Assembly: GCA_026770705.1 (NCBI GenBank)
Contig: JANJGN010000010.1
Span: 39,680,001 to 39,744,000, forward strand
Source of the DNA: Isurus oxyrinchus
Lineage: Eukaryota
Reading direction: 5' to 3'
Length of the DNA stretch: 64,000 bases
Shown: positions 26,160 to 36,222 of the stretch, in pieces
Position numbering within the stretch: position 1 is the stretch's first letter
Layout: each line of letters begins with the position of its first letter
Notes under the pieces: generated by a model
Seen by the model: only the letters and a program-made list of their open reading frames with translations
The model's database searches: none
What the model was told of the DNA's origin: nothing
Position numbers and translations under genes: made by a program

Positions 26160-28977
26160 CAGGGAGGTGATGGCATAGTGGTACTCACTGGACTTGTAAT
26201 CCAGAGACCCAGGGTAATGCTCTGAATACTACCATGGCAAACAGTGAACTTTGAATCAAAAATATCTGGAATTAAAAGTCTAATGATGACCATGAAACCA
26301 TTGTCGGTTGTCGTAAAAACCCATCTAATTCACTAATGTCCTTTAAGGAAGAAAATCTGCCTTTCACACCTGGTATGGCCTACTTGTGACTCCAAACCCA
26401 AAGCAATATGGCTGACTCTGAAATGGCCTGGCAAGCCACTCAGTTGTATCAAACTGTTAAAAAGCCGAAAAGGAATGAAACTGGATTGACCACACAGCAT
26501 CAACCTTGGCACCGGAAACAACAAAGGCAAACTCAGCTCTGTTAATCCTGCAAAGTCCTCCTTACTAACATCTGGGGCTTGTGCCAACATTGGGAGAGCT
26601 GTCTCACAGACTAGTCAAGCAACAGCCTGGTACTCACAGAATCATATCTTACAGATAATGTCCCACAAACCACCAGCAAAAGTAGTGGCACACTGGTATA
26701 CAGTCGGGAGGGGGTTGCCCTGGGAGTCCTCGGCATCGATTCCATGAAGTCTCAAAGCATCAGGCCAAACATGGGCAAGGAAACCTCCTGCTGATTAGTA
26801 CCTACCGCTGCCCCTCCCGCCCTCTCTCTCTCCCCACCCACCCCCCTACCCACCCCCACCCTCCCACCCACCCCCCTACCCACCCCCACCCTCCCACCCA
26901 CACCCACCCCCACCCCCATACCCCCCACCCACCCCCACACACTTCTATTGATGAATCAGTACAGCTCCATGTGGACCATGACTTGGAGGAAGCACCGAGG
27001 GTAGCAAGAGCGCAGATTGTAATCTGGGCGGGTGACTTCATTGTCCATCACCAGGAGTGGCTCAGTAGCACCGCTACTGACCGAGCTGGCTGAGTCCTAA
27101 AGGACACAGCTGCTAGACTGGGTCTGTGGCAGGTGATGAAGGAACCAACAAGAGGGAAAAACATACTTAACCTCATTCTCATCAACCTTCATCTGTCCAT
27201 GTCAGTATCGATAGGAGTGACAACAGCACAGTCTTTGTGGAGACGAAGTCCCATCTTCACATTGAGGATACCCTCCAGCATGTTGTGTGATACTACCACT
27301 ATGCTAAATGTGATAGATTTTGAACAGATCTAACAACTCAAGATTGGTCAACCATGAGGCGCTGTGGGCCATCATCAGCAGCAGAACTGTATTCAACCAC
27401 AATCTATAGCCTCATGGCCTGGCATATAACACAGTCCACCATTACAACCAAGCCAGGGGGTCAACACTGATTCAATGAAGAGTGCAGCAGGACATGCCAG
27501 GATAAGCATCAGGCATACCTAAAAATGAGGTGTCAACTTAATGAAGCTACAACATAGGACTAGTGTGCCAAATGGCATAAGCAACAAGCGATAGACAGAG
27601 CTAAGCTACTCCAAAAGCAACAGATCAGGACTAGGCTCTGCGGTCCTGCCACATCCAGTTGTGAATGATGGTGGGCAATTAAACAACACTCTGGCAGAGG
27701 AAGCTCCACAAATATCACCATCATCAATGATGGAGGATCCAAGCACATCAGCTCAAAAGATAAGGCTGAAGCATTTGCAACAATCTAGTCAAGCAACAGC
27801 CTGACACTCACGGAATCATCTCTTACAGATAATGCCCCAGACACCACCAGCAGAAGTAGCGGCACAATGGTATACAGTCACGGTGCAAAGATTGCAGCAT
27901 TTGATCGACTGTGGCATCAAGTCACAGTCTAGTCAAACTGGAGTCAACTGGAATCAGGTGGAAAGCTCTCCACTGGTCATACCTAGCACAAAGGAAGATG
28001 GTTGTGATTGATGGAGATCAATCATCTCAGTTCCAGGATATCATTGCTGGAGTTTCTCAGGGTCATATCCTTGGCCCAACTATCTTCAGCTGCTTCATCA
28101 ATGACCTTCCTTCTATCGTAAGGTCAGAAGTGGGGATGTTCTCTGATGATTGCACAATGTTCAGCACCATTGGCGACTCCTCAGACACTGTTGCAGTCCT
28201 CGTCCAAATGCAGCAAGACCTGGACAATAGCCAGGCTTGGGCTGACAAATGGCAAGTAACATGCACGCCACACAAGTGCCGGGAAATGACCATCTCCAAC
28301 AAGGGAGAATCTAACCTTCACCCCTTGACATCCAATAGCATTATCATCACTGAATCCCCCACTATCAATATCCTGAGCATTACCACTGACCAGAGACTGA
28401 ACTGGACTAGCCATTAAATACTGTGGCTACAAGAGGGGGTCAGAAGCTAGGAATCATCCTGACTCCCCAAAGCCCATCCACCATCTACAAGGCACGAGTC
28501 AGGAGTGTGGTGGAATACTCTCCACTTGCCTGGATGAGTGCAGCTCCAACAACACTCAAAAAGCTTGACACCATCCAGGACAAAGCAACCTGCTTGATTG
28601 GCACACCATCCACAAATAATCAGTCCGTCCACCACCGATGCACAGTGACAGCAGTGTGTACCATCTACAAGGTGCACTGCAAGAATTCACCAAGCCTCCT
28701 TCAACAGCACCTTCCAAATCTTCTAGAAGGACAAGGGGAGCAGACACATGGGAACACCAACACCTGGAATTTCTCCTCCAAGCCACTCACCATCCTGATT
28801 TGGAAATATATCACTGTTCCTTCACTGTTGCTGGGTCAAAATCCTGGAACTCCCTCCCTAACAGTACTGAGGGTGAACTACACCACATGCATTACCACCT
28901 TCTGAAGGGCAATTAGGGATGGGCAATAAATGCTGGCCAAGTCATTGATGCCCACATTCCATGAATGAATAAAAAGA
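26160..28977 (+). mobile_element. Near full-length CR1-group LINE family 2 with tRNA-like head and single APE-RT ORF (degenerate)
   Basis: Head tggcatagtgg; APE start NIWGL..LGELSHRLVKQQP at about 26566; RT (SQGHILGPTIFSCFINDL, MFSDD); tail catgaatgaataaaa. Confidence 0.85.
26811..26942. repeat. C-rich (CCCACCC)n simple repeat; G-rich on gene A sense strand
   Basis: Tandem ccacccacccccctacccaccccc units inside the LINE. Confidence 0.85.
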
Positions 28978-29219
28978 CATAAACATAAGACACTCAGATG
29001 ACTTAAATTGAGCTTGTAAACTCAGAGCTGTAAGTTTCAAGTTCTGTAAAGGAATTTCAAGGATCTAAATTCTAGATTAAGGAACAGAAGTGCCAGAGTT
29101 GTAATTCCTCGATTACTCCTTGTGCCATACACTAGACCAGACAGACAATGAAACATTTTGATTGTCATTGTGTGGCTGGGGGGAAGGTTTTCAGATTTCT
29201 TTGACATGATGCTTCAATT

Positions 29220-29760
29220 GTAGAGCCTTGGTCAAAACCAATACGGGTTACTGCGTTCAGTTTTGAGCACTGAATCTTGGAAAATATAAATTGACTTTGG
29301 ACGGGGTGCAGCACAGATTGTCAGAATGATAGCAAGACAAAGGGTGAAATTATGAGGTTTGGTTGTATAAACCTGGCTTGTATTCTCTTGAATTTAAAAG
29401 GCTGGGGTAATCTAATTAAGGTGTTAAAATGGTAAAGTTTCAATAGGGTAGATGCTACTGCTTTTCTATTGGGCAAATCCAGAACAAGGGAGCATAATCT
29501 TAAAATTAGAACTAAGCCGTTCAAAGGGAAATCAGGAAGCACTCCTTCACACAAAATGTAGCAGAAGTCTGGAACATACACTCCTCCAAAAAGCTATTGG
29601 AGCTCAGCCAATTGAAAATGTCAAAACTGAAATTGAGACTTTTGTTAGACAAGGATATTAGGGTCACTGCACCGACATGCAGCTAAGATCCAAACTAGCC
29701 ATGATCTGACTGAATAGTGAAATAGGCTCAAGGGGCTATTTCCCATTCCTATGTTCCAAA
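29220..29760 (+). mobile_element. Degenerate CR1 3' fragment
   Basis: YRALV..YCVQF remnant and CR1 tail. Confidence 0.65.
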
Positions 29761-30110
29761 AAGTGTATAGCAACAGATCCGCACCTGATGAAAGTTTTAC
29801 TTGATTGGAAGTGAAACAATATCAGCACAGCATTGCCTGGTGAAATTGGGAACTTTCACAAGCAGTACTAGTGCAGAGTCTCACCGGGCTATGTAGTTTG
29901 GAGAGAAAAAATAAGGATGAGAAAATTAAAAAGCAACAGAGGAAAGATCTTCAGAAAATTCATCAACTTGGTTGCCTTCCATCTTTAAGCCCCTGTGCTG
30001 AAGTAGGCTGCTATGTTAGCTGATGTCACTTAGTACAACCACTGGGGCACCTCACAGCTTCCAGTCCTCACCCAGGCAGCAAAGGAGGGAAACCAGATAC
30101 GACTTCTGGA

Positions 30111-32079
30111 ACAAAAACAGAATTACCTGGAAAAAACTCAGTAGGTCTGGCAGCATCGGCGGAGAAGAGTTGACGTTTCGAGTCCTCATGACCCTTCGAC
30201 AGAACTTGAGTTCGAGTCCAAGAAAGAATTGAAATATAAGCTGGTTTAAGGTGTGTGTGTGGGGGGCGGAGAGATAGAGAGAGAGAGGTGGGGGGGTGTG
30301 GTAGTAGGGACAAACAAACAGTGATAGAAGCAGATCATCAAAAGATGCCAACGACAATAGTACAATAGAACACATAGGTGTTAAAGTTAAAGTTGGTGAT
30401 ATTATCTAAACGAATGTGCTAATTAAGAATGGATGGTAGGGCACTCAAGGTATAGCTCTAGTGGGGTTTTTTTTTTATATATAATGGAAATAGGTGGGAA
30501 AAGGAAAATCTTTATAATTTATTGGAAAAAAAAGAAAGGGGGAAACAGAAAGGGGGTGGGGATGGGGGAGGGAGCTCACGACCTAAAGTTGTTGAATTCA
30601 ATATTCAGTCCGGATGGCTGTAAAGTGCCTAGTCAGAAGATGAGGTGTTGTTCCTCCAGTTTGCGTTGGGCTTCACTGGAACAATGCAGCAAGCCAAGGA
30701 CAGACATGTGGGCAAGAGAGCAGGGTGGAGTGTTAAAATGGCAAGCGACAGCGAGGTTTGGGTCATTCTTGTGGACAGACCACAGGTGTTCAGCAAAGCG
30801 GTCGCCCAGTTTACGTTTGGTCTCTCCAATGTAGAGGAGACCACATTGGGAGCAACGAATGCAGTAGACTAAGTTGGGGGAAATGCAAGTGAAATGCTGC
30901 TTCACTTGAAAGGAGTGTTTGGGTCCTTGGACGGTGAGGAGAGAGGAAGTGAAGGGGCAGGTGTTGCATTTTTTGCGTGGGCATGGGGTGGTGCCATAGG
31001 AGGGGGTTGAGGAGTAGGGGGTGATGGAGGAGTGGACCAGGGTGTCCCGGACATCTTCCCTTCACCCCCCTTATCGGCACTCCGTAGGGATCGCTCCCTC
31101 CGGGACACCCTGGTCCACTCCTCCATCACCCCCTACTCCTCAACCCCCTCCTAAGGCACCACCCCATGCCCACGCAAAAGATGCAACATCTGCCCCTTCA
31201 CTTCCTCTCTCCTCACCGTCCAAGGACCCAAACACTCCTTTCAAGTGAAGCAGCATTTCACTTGCATTTCCCCCAACTTAGTCTACTGCATTCGTTGCTC
31301 CCAATGTGGTCTCCTCTACATTGGAGAAACCAAACGTAAACTGGGCGACCGCTTTGCAGAACACCTGTGGTCTGTCCGCAAGAATGACCCAAACCTCCCT
31401 GTCGCTTGCCATTTTAACACTCCACCCTGCTCTCTTGCCCACATGTCTGTCCTTGGCTTGCTGCATTGTTCCAGTGAAGCCCAACGCAAACTGGAGGAAC
31501 AACACCTCATCTTCCGACTAGGCACTTTACAGCCATCCAGACTGAATATTGAATTCAACAACTTTAGGTCGTGAGCTCCCTCCCCCATCCCCACCCCCTT
31601 TCTGTTTCCCCCTTTCTTTTTTTTCCAATAAATTATAAAGATTTTCCTTTTCCCACCTATTTCCATTACATATATTAAAAAAAAACCACTAGAGCTATAC
31701 CTTGAGTGCCCTACCATCCATTCTTAGTTAGCACATTCGTTTAGATAATATCACCAACTTTAACACCTATGTGTTCTATTGTACTATTGTCGTTGACATC
31801 TTTTGATGATCTGCTTCTATCACTGTTTGTTTATCCCTACAACCACAGCCCCCCCCCCACCTCTCTCTCTCTCTCTATCTCTCCGCCCCCCACACACACA
31901 CCTTAAACCAGCTTATATTTCAACTCTTTCATGGACTCGAACTCAAGTTCTGTCCAAGGGTCATGAGGACTCAAAACGTCAACTCTTTTCTTCTCCGCCG
32001 ATGCTGCCAGACCTGCTGAGTTTTTCCAGGTAATTCTGTTTTTGTTTTGGATTTCCAGCATCCACAGTTTTTTTGTTTT
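30111..32079. mobile_element. Penelope-like element, inverted duplication encoding the GIY-YIG endonuclease C-terminus, with 13-bp TSD
   Basis: Arms 30111-31051 (-) and 31099-32045 (+). FTCISPNLVYCIRCSQCGLLYIGETKRKLGDRFAEHL. TSD tacgacttctgga at 30098-30110 and 32080-32092. Confidence 0.9.
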
Positions 32080-32428
32080 TACGACTTCTGGATACTACTC
32101 ATCTGTCAAACAGCCCCTGGACAGTCAATGTTTAAGCACAGTAACAAAATATATTGTTTTAATGCATACAATTTCAACTAAAGTTATTTTAGTAACAAAA
32201 TAAAAGTGAAAGTCAGGAATAATTCATGTACATTTTTTTTAATCGCATTAACTTCTGCTTTGCAACCCAATCCCCAAAAGGAACATCAGTAACAGACGAG
32301 AGAGGGTTGGCTCTGCTCCAATATCATTTTAAACCCGGGAAAATCCGCAGCCAAAGTACAAACCCAGCCTGAAGCCGGCCCGATTAGCGCTCCGCCCGCT
32401 CACTGCCACCGCCCGTCCCGTCCTTTAC

Positions 32429-32504
32429 CTGAAAGCGGTGCCAGAGTCACCAGCGCGACCACGACCTGTATCAGGAACGGCAACGAGTTCTCGGCCCAGC
32501 CCAT
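32429..32504 (-). CDS. NCR3LG1: Gene A exon 1, signal peptide MGWAENSLPFLIQVVVALVTLAPLS
   Basis: Strong Kozak GGGGCCATGG, hydrophobic core, donor TCAG|gtaaag, 76 nt (phase 1), inside a CpG-rich island. Confidence 0.85.
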
Positions 32505-32586
32505 GGCCCCTCTCTTTCTCTTTCTCGGTCGGCTCCGAGTTTCTCTCGCTGTCAGCAAGAAGCAGGAACAGCCTCGGCTCCGCGCA

Positions 32587-32598
32587 AGTTTCACTTTC
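32587..32598. promoter_or_regulatory. ISRE / IRF element AGTTTCACTTTC
   Basis: Perfect match to the consensus AGTTTCNNTTTC, 83-94 nt upstream of the gene A ATG. Confidence 0.7.
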
Positions 32599-32749
32599 GC
32601 CGGGAGCCGGGAGGGAGCGGGCGGGGTTTGCGCGCGCACCCTCTGTTTGCAGATTGAGTGGCAAAGATCACCTGGTGCATGTGGATCCCTCAATTAACAT
32701 CACCCAAAAAAACAGATCAAACATATTACGGTACAACATAACGTCCGTT

Positions 32750-34315
32750 TCAATAAGGAAATGTACAGCCCTCTCAAACTTTCCTGGGGTAAATGGATGA
32801 AATAAATGTATCCCAGGCTGTTGAGGGAGGAAAGGGAAGTGATAACAGCGGCCCAGGCAGTAATTTTCAAATCCTCTCTGGCCACTGGTGAGGTGCCAGA
32901 GGACTAGAGGACTGCTACCGTTCTCCCATAAAAAGGGAGGAAGGGATAGACCAGGAAATTAAAGGCCATCAGTCTAACCTCTGGTGGGAAGTTACTCGAA
33001 AGAATTCTACGGGACAGAATATATCTGCACTTGGAGAGACACAGATTAATCAGGGATAGTCCGCATGGATTGGTTAAGGGAAGGCCGTGTTTGACAAATT
33101 TGTTTGAATTTTTTGATGAGGTAACCAGGAGTGTTGATGAGAGTAATGCACTTGAAGTGGTCTACATAGACTTTAGCAAGGCTTTTGATAAGCTCCGTCA
33201 TGGTAGACTGGTCAAGAAAGTAAGAGCCCAAGGCAAAGTGGCATGTTGGATCCAAAATTAGTTGTGAGGCAGGAAGCAGAGGGTTATGGTAGAGAGATGT
33301 TTCTGTGGCTGGAAGTCTGTTTCCAGTGGAGTTTCGCAGGACTCGGTGCTAGAGCCCTTGCTGTTTGTAGTGTACATAAATGATTTGGACTTAAATGTCA
33401 GGGGTATGATCAAGAAGTTCGTGGATGACACAAAAATCGGTAGGGTGATAAATAGTGAGGAGGATAGCTGTAAACAGCAGGAGGATATCAATGGACTGGT
33501 CAGGTGGGCAGTGCTGAGGCAAGTGGAATTTAAACTGGAAAAGTGTGAGGTAATGCACTTGGGGAGGGCTAACAAGGTAAGGGATTACACAATGAATGGT
33601 AGGGCCCTGGAAAGTACTGAAGATCAGAGGGACCTTCATGTGCATATCCACAGATCCCTAACGTTAGCTGGACAGGTAGTTACGGTGGTTAAGAAGGCCT
33701 GTGAGATACTTGCCTTTATTAGCTGAGGCATAGAATACAAGAGCAGGGAGTTTATGCTGGAACTGTGTAAAACACTGGTTGGGCCACAGCTTGAGTACTC
33801 TGTACAGTTCTGGTCACCACATTATAGGAAGGATGTGATTGCCCTGAAGAGGGTGCAGAGGAGATGTACCAGAATGCTGCTTTTGCTGGAAGATTGGATA
33901 GGCTGGGGTTGTTTTCCTTGGAGCAGCGAAGGTTGAGAGGGGATCTGATAGAGGTGTATAAGACTATGAGTGGGGTAGATAGAGTGGATAGGAAGGCACT
34001 TTTTCCATTAGTACAGGGGTCAATAACCAGGGGGCATAGATTTAAAGTAAGAGATAGAAGACTAAGAGGGGAGTTGAGGAGAAATGTTTTCATCCAGTGG
34101 GTGGTGGGAGTCTGGAACTCACTGCCTGAGAGGGCGGTTGAGTCAGAAACTCTCATAACATTTAAGAAGTATTTAGATATTCACTTGCATTGCTGTAGCC
34201 TCCAGAACTATGGGTCAAGCACTGGAAAATGGAATTAGTATAGTCAGATCTTTCTTGACCGGCATGGACACAATGGGCCGAATGGCCTCTTTCTGTGCTG
34301 TAAATGTCTATGAGT
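32750..34315 (+). mobile_element. CR1 LINE, 5'-truncated
   Basis: YIDFSKAFDK, KFVDDTKIG, LDRLGLFSLEQRRLRGDL and the CR1 tail. Confidence 0.9.
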
Positions 34316-34629
34316 AAAACAACTGAATTTAAATCCATTAAAACAAAATTACAACATCCCAGCTAAACAACTTAAAGAAGTAGAAGTCCTTCAAGCTTAT
34401 TTTGGTCCATCATTTTACACCATCTGTACTTCAGCTCATATCACACACCTCACAAAGTGTAAGGTGATTTACTCCTAGAGCAAGGGTACATCTGATAGCA
34501 GGAGCAACATTAGAAACATATAAAGTTTACGCTGTAGAAAGAGGCCACTTGGCCCATCCTGACTGCACTTTTGCAGCAAATGGAATCCACCCCCAGCTAA
34601 AGGTAAAGCAGTCTTACCTTGGCCAAGGA

Positions 34630-35005
34630 GCAAGCTCTCACCATCGAGTCAGAAAGCTGAAGCCCATAATCTTGGCTGAGCTCAGTACTGCACCAAAAGA
34701 GTGTGGCATTATCAGAGGTGTCACTTCTTGGGGTGACATGTTAAAGTCAGGCCCTGTCTGCCTGTTTAAGTAGATATAAAAGATCATATGACACTACTTA
34801 GAGATCAGGAGAACTGTCCAACATTTGATTTATTCCTCAGCTAATACCACTGAAACAGTGTGACTGGTTACTTATCTCCTGTTGTTTGAGGAACTTTGTT
34901 TGTTTACCTACCTGGCAACAGTGATTACATTTCAAAAGTAATGTGTTGCCTAAGAATGTTTTGGGATGACCCGGAATGTGAAAGCTGTTTCATGAATGCA
35001 GTTGT
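34630..35005 (+). mobile_element. DeuSINE (SacSINE1-like), degenerate
   Basis: Deu core-like ggccctgtctgcc..taaaagatc.atg.cacta. Confidence 0.55.
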
Positions 35006-35012
35006 TTTTTTT

Positions 35013-36222
35013 TTCATTTATGGGATGTGGGCATCGTGGCTGGACCAGCATTTATTGCCCATCCCTAATTGCCCTTCATAATGAGGTGGTGAGCTGCCTT
35101 CTTGAACTGCTGCCATCTCTGTGGTGTAGGTACATCCACAGTGCTGCTAGGGAGGGAGTTCCAGGATTTTCACCCAGTGACAGTGAAGGAACAGTGATAT
35201 ATTTCCAAGTCAGGATTGTGAGTGGCTTGGAAGAGAACTTCCAGATGGTGGTGTTCCTATGTGTCTGTTGCCCTTGTCCTTCTAGATGTTCGTGGTTGTG
35301 GGTTTGGAAGGTGCTGTCTAAGGAGCCTTTGTGATTTTCTGCAGTGCATCTTGTAGATGGTACACACTGCTGCCACTGTTCCAGGGTAGTGGAGAGAATT
35401 AATGTTTGTGCAACCTAGTGCCAATCAAGTGGATTACATTGTCCTGGATGGTGTCAAACTTCTCCAGTGTTGTTGAAACTGCACTCATCCAAGCAAGTAG
35501 GGAGTATTCCATTACACTCCTGACTTGTGCCTTGTAGATGGTGAACTGGCTTTAGGGAGTCGGGAGGCGAGATACTCGCCACCAGATTCTTAGTCTCTGA
35601 CCTGCTCTTGTAGCCACAGTATTTATCTGGCTAGTCCAGTTCAGTTTCTGGTCAATGGTTACCTCCAGGATGTTGTTAGTGAGGGATTCAGTGATGGTAA
35701 TGTCATTGAATGTCAAGAGGTGATGGTTAGATTCTCTCTTGTTGGGGATGGTCATTGCCTGGCACTTATGTGGCCTGAATACTAATTGCCACTTGTCAGC
35801 CCAAGCCTGTATATTGTTCAGGTCTTGCTGCATTTGGACATGGACTGCTTCAGTAACTGAGGAGATGCAAATGGTGCTGAAAATTGCACAATCATCAGCG
35901 AATATCCCATTTCTGACTTTATAATGGAAGGATTGATGAAGCAGCTGAAGATAGTTGGGCCGAGGACACTACCCTGAGGAACTCTAGCAGCGATGTCCTG
36001 GATCTGAGCTGACTGACCTCCTTTGTGCTAGGTATGACTCCAACAGCGGAGAGATTTCCCCCTGATTCCCATTGACTCCAGTTTTGCTAGGGCTCCTTGA
36101 TGCCACACTCGGTCAAATGCTGCCTTGGTGTCAAGGTCAGTCACTCTCACCTCACCTCTGGCATTCAGCTCTTTTGTCCATGTTTGAACCAAGGCTGTAA
36201 TGAGGTCAGAAGCTGATTGACC
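35013..36222 (-). mobile_element. CR1-group LINE family 2 fragment
   Basis: MQQDLNNIQAWADKWQ..ILEVTIDQKLNW and the family tail. Confidence 0.85.

Larger units (their letters stand above)
3306..32504 (-). other. NCR3LG1: Gene A (3'-incomplete): B7-H6/NCR3LG1-like type I membrane protein, SP-V-C1-TM followed by >=4 post-TM C1-type Ig domains (>=775 aa, 8 exons seen)
   Basis: Eight exons with GT-AG boundaries, all phase 1, join in frame without stops: 32429-32504, 23863-24225, 22290-22610, 16566-16682, 14238-14672, 10038-10415, 8684-8995, 3306-3629. The last exon has a donor, so the gene continues beyond the left edge. Confidence 0.8.
32335..32645 (-). promoter_or_regulatory. CpG-island promoter/first exon of gene A with GC box (GGGCGGGG 32619-32626)
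   Basis: Sharp local GC/CpG enrichment around the start codon in an otherwise CpG-depleted window. Confidence 0.7.

Noticed and set aside
30111-32079. Palindrome as an assembly artefact
   Set aside because: The arms differ by scattered substitutions and indels, and the whole unit is bounded by a clean TSD.
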